Source: Eledone cirrhosa
Lineage: Eukaryota
Assembly: GCA_964016885.1 (NCBI GenBank)
Contig: OZ024741.1
Location: 281,108,001-281,172,000, forward strand
Direction: 5' to 3'
DNA: 64,000 nucleotides
Shown here: piece after piece, positions 12,301-26,964 of the stretch
How the letters are laid out: each line of letters begins with the position of its first letter
Position numbering within the stretch: the first letter of the stretch is position 1
Program-made: the position numbers and the translations under genes
Notes under the pieces: generated by a model
Database searches by the model: none
What the model saw: the letters and a program-made list of their open reading frames with translations, nothing else
Told to the model about the DNA's origin: nothing

Positions 12301-12666
12301 GTTATTGTTGTTTGTGTCTGCGTGTCTGTTGTATCTGGGTATGTTGCTATTGTTGTTGTTGTATCTGGGTATGTTGCTATTGTTGTTGTTATTGTTGTTT
12401 GTGTCTGTGTGTCTGTTGTTGTTGGGATGTGTGTTGTATATGTGTGTGCGTATATTGTTGCTTTTGTTTTTGTTTTTGATGCTCCAGCGTAGTTTCGTAA
12501 ATGATTTTTCTATTTCTGACAGACAACTAATCATATTTACCTTCTTGAATGTCGCAAATTTGGGTGGCAGACGTAACACAGACATTTCATTATTATCTAT
12601 TTCCGTGTTTCCATAGATGTTGGTATTTTCATTGTTGAACTCTTCAGATAATGAGGTGTCGGCCAT
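9400..12666 (-). CDS. PLE polyprotein: RT + C-terminal GIY-YIG endonuclease (possibly Nematis-like; clade unverified)
   Basis: 1088 aa: [43 protein letters not shown], CxxxxCxxC linker, VVYSIRC...VYIGET..R..EH..H. The frame stays open to ~13063 upstream of the called ATG. Confidence 0.92.
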   Translation of the reverse strand: MADTSLSEEFNNENTNIYGNTEIDNNEMSVLRLPPKFATFKKVNMISCLSEIEKSFTKLRWSIKNKNKSNNIRTHIYNTHPNNNRHTDTNNNNNNNSNIPRYNNNNSNIPRYNRHADTNNNNNTHGDNNNNNTHINNNNNSNIPRYNNNRHANTNNNNNTHNNDNTHTHGDNNNTHQQQHTSTTTTHTHSMPLTTILTNTQTQKTSNDSSTEIREIRESNRIKRRRETKDKENNQDEHTDTQNRVDNNIEPVERDRSNYERHRNNHEAEAAAVGGNRNNTTNNNNSTSTHKAAAWNSPFYNPSDKSFDLRRVHATTLPFNKRTQLPSQVDEQTEAQFSIAKSELRNIIEEYSKKHNRIEAQQLGEESANGLRKLMQRSRSGEIACFPTDKSGRMSVDSLPNYIQAMQPHITNTREVTPQEHEDREKTLNAHMVMWTNIMQPNKRTANNFQAWNNDVPALYGLRKDHKTGWDPVAGPPTRPVCGANIASNYRLSYFLSLIIRPIIEMSPDVCDSTEDLLSRIGAGNRSGDLTNCIIGSMDVVSLYPSIDVDFAVEKCVEMISESKVEFRGIDTSELGLLLKLTHSNSYLDTYDLSNLCPTRPARGRPPTITSMAKKTHTDRWNGWTRAIRTPENHDELKKMIAHAVGASIKLTLKEHMFKFNGKTYAQEEGAAIGVSIAGDIANLFMVWWDSRLKQKLNEQLEDSLTLIMYSRYVDDINIVVKTPPLKNSQELEKNTMESIQQIANSIHQSIRVTIDYPSRHPNHRLPVLDTELWLDTINNQKQILHSHYAKPMTSKHLIHRNSAISDHTKINILIADLVRVMRNVSRMCNPEELERHIQHFIHRMQFSGYNQRDRIRVYKGARTKWEKMVNNDINGTCPLYRSKFWNRIERTKNKANRINSWYDSNKYQSVMFINTTPRGELAYKFRRALKKHNLNIKIVERPGTSVKTLISKTYPFQRPSCIDKKCITCKISPHINCKTRNVVYSIRCTEGQCRNKNVVYIGETARSIGERINEHWRDLQDNKESSVLYQHAKIEHRGKLESIEIKIESTHKKDAMFRQITEAVSIKELKPKLNRKYEWNSNITTYN

Positions 12667-13370
12667 GTTGATACCGTCAATTTTGTTGGGATATCTATTG
12701 GTATACTCTATCGTATCCCGATTTAGCTTTGCCTGTTTAAGCCACTTTAATTTTCTGTTAAAGTGCTTATTACATTCTTGAGTAATGTACTGTTCTTCGG
12801 GTCGTATAAGGCTTATAAATGTTAGTTTTTCTGCTGGTGTGGTGATTTTAGATATTTCATCTATTAGGTTACGCTTTAGTTTTTCTTGATGACTTAATTC
12901 TCTATAGATCTTCTTTTTTATGTTTAGAATTAAAGTTCGTTTTAGCCCATCTGCTTGTTTTTTGGTGAGTTGTAATCTTCTAACGTCGGTATTGATGGTG
13001 TTGGTGTAGATTCTAGAAGTGGTGCACAGTTTTATGAAGTGTAGTTGTCGAGATGTTATGTTATGTTATGATGTTATGTTATGTTATGGTTTTTCGTAGA
13101 CAACAGAACATGGTGGTTTTCAGTATCTTGTTAGCCTGGCTAAGGCTTACGATATTTCGTTTCTGAATTTGTTTAGCAAGATTCTTTATCTGAAATCGTG
13201 TGTTGAAACCGATATTGTTATACTTTGGGAGGGTCATGTTGCCAATAAGAAACACACGCACCAGTTGCTTTCACTTCAATTTAATTTATCAAATATTTAT
13301 AAATTTACAAATTTATAAATTTCTGGTTGGTTGGTTGGTTCCACAACCAGATAGTTGTTTATATATATAT

Positions 13371-13415
13371 AGTCATAGTTCTTTCGTCACACACTCTGTG
13401 ACCTCTTCAGTGACT
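13371..13415 (-). ncRNA. Second copy of the minimal hammerhead ribozyme
   Basis: Identical to 9078-9122, 4293 bp away. Confidence 0.75.
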
Positions 13416-15035
13416 GGGGATTTCTTTCTTCGTTTCTGTGCCTTTCCTTTCTTCTATCCTACGCCATTTTGTTTGTGTGTGGGTTGCGTGCTCAGTTTGC
13501 GCATGCGCCACATCCGGGTGTCTGTGTGTGTTTGTGTTCATTTTTCTATTTATATTTTTTTTTATTTGTTTGTTTATTTATTTATTTATTGTTGGTTGGT
13601 TGTTTGTTCTATGTGTGTGTGTGTTTTCATTTTGTGTGTGTTTTCAATTGTAAGTTGTTTGTTCGATGTGTGTGTGTGTTTTCATTATGTCCTTAATTGT
13701 AAGTTGTGATGTTGCTGTTCCACTCATATTTTCTATTTAATTTTGGTTTTAATTCTTTTATGCTTACTGCCTCTGTAATTTGCCTAAACATTGCGTCTTT
13801 CTTGTGTGTGGATTCTATTTTTATTTCTATGCTCTCTAATTTACCCCTGTGTTCTATCTTAGCATGTTGGTAGAGCACAGATGATTCTTTATTATCTTGG
13901 AGGTCTCGCCAGTGTTCATTTATTCGTTCCCCTATACTACGAGCTGTCTCACCTATGTACACTACATTTTTGTTTCTACATTGTCCTTCAGTACATCTTA
14001 TGCTATATACTACATTTCTAGTTTTACAGTTAATATGGGGGCTTATTTTACAGGTTATACATTTCTTATCTATACATGAGGGTCTTTGGAACGGGTATGT
14101 CTTGCTAATAAGTGTTTTTACGGAGGTACCAGGTCTTTCTACTATCTTAATATTGAGGTTATGTTTCTTTAGGGCCCTTCTAAATTTGTAGGCTAGTTCG
14201 CCTCTAGGGGTTGTATTGATGAACATTACACTCTGGTATTTATTGCTATCATACCATGAGTTTATTCTATTGGCCTTGTTCTTAGTTCTTTCTATTCTAT
14301 TCCAAAATTTGCTCCTATACAAGGGGCAGGTCCCATTTATGTCATTATTTACCATTTTTTCCCATTTGGTTCTGGCTCCTTTATACACTCTGATTCTATC
14401 TCTCTGATTGTAGCCAGAGAACTGCATACGGTGGATGAAGTGTTGTATGTGTCTCTCTAGTTCTTCGGGGTTGCACATGCGGGACACATTTCTCATCACC
14501 CGTACCAAATCCGCAATCAGTATGTTGATTTTGGTATGGTCCGAAATGGCCGAGTTTCGGTGGATCAGATGTTTGGAAGTCATGGGTTTGGCATAATGGG
14601 AATGGAGGATTTGTTTTTGGTTGTTAATAGTATCTAACCAGAGCTCTGTGTCTAGTACAGGTAATCGATGGTTGGGGTGTCTACTTGGGTAGTCTATAGT
14701 AACTCTAATGCTCTGGTGGATGGAGTTTGCTATTTGCTGGATGCTTTCCATTGTGTTTTTCTCTAGTTCCTGACTGTTCTTTAGTGGGGTGTCTTAACTA
14801 CGATGTTTATATCATCTACGTAGCGGGAGTACATTATCAGGGTTAAGCTGTCTTCTAATTGTTCATTAAGTTTTTGTTTAAGTCTACTGTCCCACCATAC
14901 CATGAATAAGTTAGCTATGTCGCCTGCAATGCTAACACCAATGGCTGCTCCTTCCTCTTGGGCATATGTTTTACCATTAAATTTGAACATATGTTCCTTA
15001 AGGGTTAGTTTTATGCTGGCCCCTACCGCATGTGC

Positions 15036-18183
<3,148 letters not shown>

Positions 18184-19359
18184 ATGTAGATAAATCTACC
18201 AAGAGTTTACGGTAGTGTCCAATCCGTATGAAGAACTCAATGTATTCCGGATATCATGGAAAGAAGAGATGTAATGAAAATCCACTTTCGGTGAAAGATA
18301 AACGGTATACAGAGTCAAGATAAAATATTAAACAAATAATGAATAAACAATTCCTTATATTAAACAAAAAAAGTTCATTATTTAACGATCGTTTCTAGGG
18401 TATATATGTGTTATAATTGGTATGCATATTCAACAGATCTATGTACAAAATTATACAAAATTATACAAATTATCAAGATTAAATATACATACCTAACACA
18501 TATATACGCCGTCTTCAGAAATAATGAAGTATATTTATTGATAATAACAACAATTCAAAATATCAGTTCAAAATTGACCAATGAAAACACAAAGGGTTAA
18601 AAGCAGTTCGGTGTGTGTATATACATGTAAAATCCTTACACATATTTTACAAAAATGTGTGTATAATTTGTATACGCATACTAAAAAGATGGATGCAAAC
18701 ACAAAATTTCAAGGTTAATATCTCTGCAAGCTTAATGCGCTGATAAGATGCGCATTGATACTTATGGAGTCAAGCATATAAATATATTTTTTCATACTCA
18801 CACATATCAGTATAATCACACATACATGCGCGTATATGCATAAATATACACATAACCACGAACATACAAACACACACACTCTCCCACTCACATTTATATA
18901 TGTGGATATAAAATCATAAGCACATAGAAATTAAGTCACTCACATAAAACACTGGCACACACATTTCAAGATCAAGATACAGAAATTAGGTGGGAGGGGG
19001 GGGGGGGGGGGGAGGGGTCAGTATTCAATTGTCTGAGCAGACTGCCTAATATAAATGTATCTATAAATTAAGAAAAATAAAAAAACAAAACAATAAAATA
19101 TAATAAATATAATATAATATACATACACATACAGATATATATACACATACATACATGTACGCGCACATAGAGATATTTACGCATACACACATACACACAT
19201 ACATATACAGTCATACACACACATACACTTACACGAACACACACATACACATATAAAAAGATATATATATATACACACACACACGCGCAACACATACACA
19301 CATACACATATATATAAAAAATAGATAATAAAGATATATATCCATATATATATATATAT

Positions 19360-19410
<51 letters not shown>

Positions 19411-19501
19411 CACATACATATACATACACATACATCTAAATATACATACACATACATACACACATACATGTACATACATGTACATACATATACGCACATC
19501 G

Positions 19502-19555
<54 letters not shown>

Positions 19556-19618
19556 TCACATAGACATATAGATACATACACACACAACTTACATACACAC
19601 GTATTTACAAGTTAAGGA

Positions 19619-19661
<43 letters not shown>

Positions 19662-19708
19662 TCACATAGACATATAGATACATACACACACAACTTACAT
19701 ACACACGT

Positions 19709-20379
19709 ATTTACAAGTTAAGGATAATATTGCTAAAAAAATTTTTTATATCCTTGAGAAAAACTTCCCGCCAAACCACAAATACCATCAAATCTTAAAT
19801 AGGTCTACAGTTAAATTCTCATACTCTACAACAAATAACATAAAACAAAATATAAGTGCATATAATGCATATAAATGTAAGAAAACCATAAGTATACCAC
19901 CAGTACATCAAATTAACAATAATATCTCCTCAAATACAGAATTAACGAAAGGATGTAACTGTAGAAACAAAACAAACTGCCCATTAAAAGGGAATTGTCT
20001 TGTTAACAACATAGTCTATAAATGTAATGTTAAAACTAAAGATTCTATTTGCTCATATATAGGAGCTACCTCTAACAATTTTAAGACAAGGTTTAATACC
20101 CACAAGCATAGTTTTAAAAATGCCGCACTGGCTAATACAACATCTCTAGCAGAAAAAATCAATAGTTATAAAAATAAGAATATAAAATATGATTTGACCT
20201 GGAGTGTGCTCAAAAGAGCCACCCCTTATCAAAATAATAGAAAGGAATGTAGATTATGTTCCCAAGAACTATTTGAAATAATGAAGTCTAAGGATATCTT
20301 ATTAAATAAACGACAGGAATTAATTATATCGTGTAATCATAAACTAAAAAAAACATTTAAATATTATAAACCTAATTAA
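19709..20379 (+). pseudogene. 5'-truncated copy of the 820-aa PLE ORF (linker + GIY-YIG only)
   Basis: Matches 26294-26964. Confidence 0.9.
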
Positions 20380-20902
20380 TAACATTATTCTAGATATTAA
20401 TTTAATTTAAATGTTAGTTAACCTATAAATTTAATTTAATTAATATTTTATTACAGATGAGAAAATATTATGTAATCATAAATTGTGAAAAACCTTTAAA
20501 TATTACTAATATATACTTAGTAATTTAATTTATAGATTAATTTTAATTTATTTAAACCTTTTATTATAATTCTTTTACAGATAAAATATAACAAAATAAT
20601 ATCATGTATCCAATGACGGAGAAATAATTTTTAGTATTATAGACCTAATTAATATACATTTTGGAAATATATTTATTATTTGGTTTTAGTTTTAATCAAC
20701 CTAAAAATTTTAATTTTAATTTGCTTAAAATTAGTATCCTTATACAGACGAATTGCGGAATGTCATGTAATCATAGAATGGGATGTGTTTTGGATATATA
20801 CCTAGTTAATATATTCTGTGCAATTTTTTGAAAAAGATATGTATATGTATATGTGTATGTATATGTGTGTGTTGTGTATGTGTATCTGTATGTATGTATA
20901 TA

Positions 20903-20961
<59 letters not shown>

Positions 20962-22115
20962 GTGTGTATATGTATGTATATGTGTATGTGTATGTATATG
21001 TATATGTATGCGTATTAATTTTGATTTCTATTTGCATATAATTATATTATGCTATTGATGAAATACAATATCTGCTTTATGTATTGTATACCTAATTAAC
21101 ATATACTAATTAACGTATACTATTGAAATAAATATATAATTTTTAATTTAGTTAACATATAATTTATATGCTACTACCGATGTAATACTTTATTTTATTT
21201 TTATTTGGGTTTCTTTTCCCTATTACTAAATTCATCTCCTAATATTGATACCATAACGTTATTAACTTTAATTTAGTTATAATGTAATTAATAATCTACT
21301 ACTGTTTGACTTCAAAATTCTGCTTCAAATATTATAAACCTAACTAATTTACACCTTAGAAATCAATATGTTGACTATCTTTGGTTTAGTTAACATATGA
21401 TTAATGGTATACTTATTTATTTTGAGATGCATAGATTTCGTATTTCCTAGCACTGAAAATATGTAAGAACATACATTGTATTAAGATACGGAAAATATTA
21501 TATGTTTCTTGAAACATATATTTACTTTGATCCCTTTCTCCAAACCCCCCCTTTCCCCCATACTATTATCATCTGTATTTGTAAGCGTCTATGTATGAAT
21601 ATATATGTAGGTAGGTGTCTATATAGGTTTGGGTATTTATATCTAAATATAAAAATACATATATGAGCATGCAAATATGAATGTAAGATTGTGTGTGTAT
21701 ATATGATTGTACATACATATGTATGTATATATATGTATATATATGCATTATATATGTATGTGTATGTGAATGTGTTGTATGTATATGTGTATGTATGTGT
21801 ATATATGTGTATGTATGTGTATGTTTGTATATATAGGAATATATATATGTGTATATATGTATGTATATGTATATGCGTGTATGTATGTATGTGTATGTGT
21901 GTTGTGTATATATATGTATGTCTCTCTATTTATATGTTTATCTTCGTATCTATGTGATATATGTGTGTGTGTGTGCACGTATGCATATGTATGTGTTTGT
22001 GTGTGTTTGTATGTGTGTGTGTATATATGTGTATGTGCGCACACACACATACACATATATATATATATATGTGAGTGTGTATGTGTGTCTGTGTGTGTGT
22101 GTGTGTGTGTATGTG

Positions 22116-22153
<38 letters not shown>

Positions 22154-22462
22154 GATATATATATATATATATATATATAGGTGTCTATGTGTGAATATAT
22201 GTCTTTATTCGTATGTGTGTATTTATGTATGTATATATTTATGTGTATGTATGTATGTGTATGTATGTATGTATATATATATATATATATATATGTATAT
22301 GTATATATATATATGTATATTATTCTTTATTATTATAATATAACTTATGTGTATATGTGTATAAGTGAGGTTGTGTATGTATATATAATATGTGTATATA
22401 TAAGAGTAATAAAATATATATATATATATATATGTGCATGTTTGTTTTTTATGTGTGTGTAT

Positions 22463-22508
<46 letters not shown>

Positions 22509-22635
22509 GTGTGTGTATATAGGTATATATATATATATATATACATGTGGGTGTTTGTATGTGTATTTATGGTGGTATGAGTGTGTGGATATATATGTTT
22601 GTGTATATATATATATATATATATGTATGAGTCTA

Positions 22636-22690
<55 letters not shown>

Positions 22691-23008
22691 ATATATGTGT
22701 GTGTATATATATGTATATGTGTGTGTATGTATGTATATATATATATATCTCTATTAATGCGTGTGTGTATGTATATACATATGCCTTTTTATTATTATTT
22801 TTATTTGTATGTCTGAGTTTGGTGAGGTTGTATTGTTTTTTATGTATATACACATATATGGAAGCGTATGTATTTATATATATGAGTATAAGTAGGTGCA
22901 TATGTATGTATGATTATATATCTAATTCTATGTATGAAGGTACATCTATATATATATATATACGTGTGTATGTAAGTTGTGTGTGTATGTATCTATATGT
23001 CTATGTGA

Positions 23009-23054
<46 letters not shown>

Positions 23055-23145
23055 CGATGTGCGTATATGTATGTACATGTATGTACATGTATGTGTGTAT
23101 GTATGTGTATGTATATTTAGATGTATGTGTATGTATATGTATGTG

Positions 23146-23200
<55 letters not shown>

Positions 23201-24024
23201 ATATATATATATATATATGGATATATATCTTTATTATCTATTTTTTATATATATGTGTATGTGTGTATGTGTTGCGCGTGTGTGTGTGTATATATATATA
23301 TCTTTTTATATGTGTATGTGTGTGTTCGTGTAAGTGTATGTGTGTGTATGACTGTATATGTATGTGTGTATGTGTGTATGCGTAAATATCTCTATGTGCG
23401 CGTACATGTATGTATGTGTATATATATCTGTATGTGTATGTATATTATATTATATTTATTATATTTTATTGTTTTGTTTTTTTATTTTTCTTAATTTATA
23501 GATACATTTATATTAGGCAGTCTGCTCAGACAATTGAATACTGACCCCTCCCCCCCCTCCCACCTAATTTCTGTATCTTGATCTTGAAATGTGTGTGCCA
23601 GTGTTTTATGTGAGTGACTTAATTTCTATGTGCTTATGATTTTATATCCACATATATAAATGTGAGTGGGAGAGTGTGTGTGTTTGTATGTTCGTGGTTA
23701 TGTGTATATTTATGCATATACGCGCATGTATGTGTGATTATACTGATATGTGTGAGTATGAAAAAATATATTTATATGCTTGACTCCATAAGTATCAATG
23801 CGCATCTTATCAGCGCATTAAGCTTGCAGAGATATTAACCTTGAAATTTTGTGTTTGCATCCATCTTTTTAGTATGCGTATACAAATTATACACACATTT
23901 TTGTAAAATATGTGTAAGGATTTTACATGTATATACACACACCGAACTGCTTTTAACCCTTTGTGTTTTCATTGGTCAATTTTGAACTGATATTTTGAAT
24001 TGTTGTTATTATCAATAAATATAC

Positions 24025-24179
24025 TTCATTATTTCTGAAGACGGCGTATATATGTGTTAGGTATGTATATTTAATCTTGATAATTTGTATAATTTTGTAT
24101 AATTTTGTACATAGATCTGTTGAATATGCATACCAATTATAACACATATATACCCTAGAAACGATCGTTAAATAATGAA
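24025..24179 (+). ncRNA. Type-I hammerhead-like ribozyme with greatly extended stem II (copies at 30584-30738 +, 37450-37604 +, 18374-18528 -)
   Basis: Stem I ttcattattt/aaataatgaa; CTGAAGA (24035); stem II gtatatatgtgtta/taacacatatatac plus ggtatgtatatttaa/ttgaatatgcatacc; GAAA (24158); palindromic cgatcg; GTT triplet. Confidence 0.72.
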
Positions 24180-24522
24180 CTTTTTTTGTTTAATATAAGG
24201 AATTGTTTATTCATTATTTGTTTAATATTTTATCTTGACTCTGTATACCGTTTATCTTTCACCGAAAGTGGATTTTCATTACATCTCTTCTTTCCATGAT
24301 ATCCGGAATACATTGAGTTCTTCATACGGATTGGACACTACCGTAAACTCTTGGTAGATTTATCTACATAATTTTGCTCCTATTTTCACGGAAATATTCG
24401 TATTTTTGTACTGTATGTGTGTATTAATTTTATATTTATGTATAAACATATATATATGTATGATTTTGTAAACCCATATACATTTAGTTGAGCTCTTTCA
24501 ATTGTCCATCATCCATATCACA

Positions 24523-26964
24523 ATGGAAAAACAATATTTAGGAACCTCCTTAAAAAACATACCAATACCTTCTAAGGACGACTTCTTACTCCTTATGATT
24601 CAGAAAACTAATAATTTTATCAGAAGGGTTAGATGGAGAGCCTACCACTTCGATAGAAAATCTAAACAAGCAGATCGGAAATATATGTATGATTTCAATA
24701 CTTACAAGAATCCACCACACAACTTTTTACTTGAAGACTTCGAGAAAGACCTTTTTAATTTAATTAAACACCTCAAATTTAAAAAGTATAAATCCGTCTT
24801 TCAAAAGGACCTTGATTCTACCCTATTGGACCTAAAAAAGTCTAAAAAAATCCATGTCCACTCGGACAAAACTGGTAACTTGTATCATATGGATATTGAA
24901 CATTATAATGAGTTCATATATAAAGAACTCAGAAAAAATTATAAAAAATCTAATAATGTGTCACTCACCAACATCAACAACAAAACACACAACATAGTAA
25001 AAAAACTAAACATTGAAGATAGAACTGAACCTTTGGCATTGAAAAGACCACACTTCAACCTGAAAGATCACAAATCTAACTTTAACTCTAATCCTTCTAT
25101 TAGACTTATATGTCCCTCCAAATCAGATATTGGAATAATTAGCAAAAAATTTTTAGATAGAGTCATCCCACAAATAAGAAAACACGTTATTTTACCACTC
25201 TGGGAAAACACCTCCCAGGTAATTAACTGGTTTAAAAATATTAGGTGTAAATCTTCTGCTTCTTTCCTACAATTTGATATAGATAACTACTATTCTTCTA
25301 TATCACCTATACTCCTGAACAAAGCATTAATATTTGCTAAAAATAGATCTAATTTAACTTCGGATGACATTAACATTATTACACATGCTAGACTAACACT
25401 TATTGAATTTCAGAATGAATACTGGACCAGAAACACATACAGTAATCTTTTTGATATTACTATGGGTTCAAGCGATTCCGCCCAAATTACTGATCTTGTG
25501 GGCCTCTTTCTCCTTTTCAACATAAATGCCTCTTTTCCCCACCTCAAAGGTGGTTTATATCGTGATGACTGTCTTCTTCTTTCTAACAACCTTAGCCTTT
25601 CAGAAATCGAAAAAAACAAAAAACATATTAGAACTTTCCTTAAAGACTATTATAATCTTAATATTACTTTTGAAAAAACAAGTAAAGTAGTAAATTTCCT
25701 AGATATAACTTTAGATTTAGCTACGGGTATATACCAACCTTACCATAAACCTAACCAAAACTTACATTACATACACTCACAATCTAATCACCCTAAATCT
25801 ATCCTTAAAAACCTTGCATATAATATATCACTTAGAATTTCTAACCTTTCTTCTAACCAAGATGTATTTGATAAAAATGCGACCTTTTATAATGAAGCTC
25901 TAGATAGAAGTGGCCACAAAAATAGATTAGAGTATATACCTTCTACTAAAAATACTGAAAGCATACAGCATAATATTACCAACAAACACCAAATGAAAAG
26001 TACACACCTAAATGCCACCCACAATATACCCCAAAATACTAAATCTTCTAATATAAAGTGTAGTAACCCTCAAAAAACTACTCATCATACAACTATAATA
26101 AATATTAATAATAAAACTCCTAATAAAAAAGATAAAACACCTAAATCTACAAATATAACTAAAAATAGTTGTGGTGAGATCATTAACATTAATCCTCCTA
26201 GTAAAAATCATGATACAACCTATAAAAATAATAAAAATAATAAACAACATAGAAACCGTAATAGACGAGTTACTTGGTATAATGCTCCTTTTAATTTACA
26301 AGTTAAGGATAATATTGCTAAAAAAATTTTTTATATCCTTGAGAAAAACTTCCCGCCAAACCACAAATACCATCAAATCTTAAATAGGTCTACAGTTAAA
26401 TTCTCATACTCTACAACAAATAACATAAAACAAAATATAAGTGCATATAATGCATATAAATGTAAGAAAACCATAAGTATACCACCAGTACATCAAATTA
26501 ACAATAATATCTCCTCAAATACAGAATTAACGAAAGGATGTAACTGTAGAAACAAAACAAACTGCCCATTAAAAGGGAATTGTCTTGTTAACAACATAGT
26601 CTATAAATGTAATGTTAAAACTAAAGATTCTATTTGCTCATATATAGGAGCTACCTCTAACAATTTTAAGACAAGGTTTAATACCCACAAGCATAGTTTT
26701 AAAAATGCCGCACTGGCTAATACAACATCCCTAGCAGAAAAAATCAATAGTTATAAAAATAAGAATATAAAATATGATTTGACCTGGAGTGTGCTCAAAA
26801 GAGCCACCCCTTATCAAAATAATAGAAAGGAATGTAGATTATGTTCCCAAGAACTATTTGAAATAATGAAGTCTAAGGATATCTTATTAAATAAACGACA
26901 GGAATTAATTATATCGTGTAATCATAAACTAAAAAAAACATTTAAATATTATAAACCTAATTAA
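24523..26964 (+). CDS. Intact PLE RT + GIY-YIG polyprotein (YRDD type; possibly Hydra clade)
   Basis: First ATG at 24523 (MEKQYLGTSLKNIPIPS), SDKTGN, FDIDNYYSSI, FDITMGS, GLYRDD, NFLDITL, CNCRNKTNCPLKGNC, IVYKC..SYIG..R..H..H, CRLC. Confidence 0.93.
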   Translation: MEKQYLGTSLKNIPIPSKDDFLLLMIQKTNNFIRRVRWRAYHFDRKSKQADRKYMYDFNTYKNPPHNFLLEDFEKDLFNLIKHLKFKKYKSVFQKDLDSTLLDLKKSKKIHVHSDKTGNLYHMDIEHYNEFIYKELRKNYKKSNNVSLTNINNKTHNIVKKLNIEDRTEPLALKRPHFNLKDHKSNFNSNPSIRLICPSKSDIGIISKKFLDRVIPQIRKHVILPLWENTSQVINWFKNIRCKSSASFLQFDIDNYYSSISPILLNKALIFAKNRSNLTSDDINIITHARLTLIEFQNEYWTRNTYSNLFDITMGSSDSAQITDLVGLFLLFNINASFPHLKGGLYRDDCLLLSNNLSLSEIEKNKKHIRTFLKDYYNLNITFEKTSKVVNFLDITLDLATGIYQPYHKPNQNLHYIHSQSNHPKSILKNLAYNISLRISNLSSNQDVFDKNATFYNEALDRSGHKNRLEYIPSTKNTESIQHNITNKHQMKSTHLNATHNIPQNTKSSNIKCSNPQKTTHHTTIININNKTPNKKDKTPKSTNITKNSCGEIININPPSKNHDTTYKNNKNNKQHRNRNRRVTWYNAPFNLQVKDNIAKKIFYILEKNFPPNHKYHQILNRSTVKFSYSTTNNIKQNISAYNAYKCKKTISIPPVHQINNNISSNTELTKGCNCRNKTNCPLKGNCLVNNIVYKCNVKTKDSICSYIGATSNNFKTRFNTHKHSFKNAALANTTSLAEKINSYKNKNIKYDLTWSVLKRATPYQNNRKECRLCSQELFEIMKSKDILLNKRQELIISCNHKLKKTFKYYKPN

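Larger units (their letters stand above)
8861..15035 (-). mobile_element. PLE, partial tandem (4293-bp period): 5'-truncated copy followed by a full unit
   Basis: 8861-10743 recurs at 13154-15035. The upstream copy has a 1-nt deletion near 14785 that splits its ORF. Both ends abut (TA)n, and the 3' end runs into the ORF start (pseudo-LTR). Confidence 0.92.

Noticed and set aside
18406-18600. Repeated 64-aa ORF MCYNWYAY.. (4 copies)
   Set aside because: Recurs only because it lies in the repeated pseudo-LTR; it is antisense to the HHR hairpin and has no protein features.
24523-26964. Selenoprotein or N-terminal-EN (Naiad/Chlamys) PLE
   Set aside because: The endonuclease is C-terminal and the ORF has no in-frame TGA.
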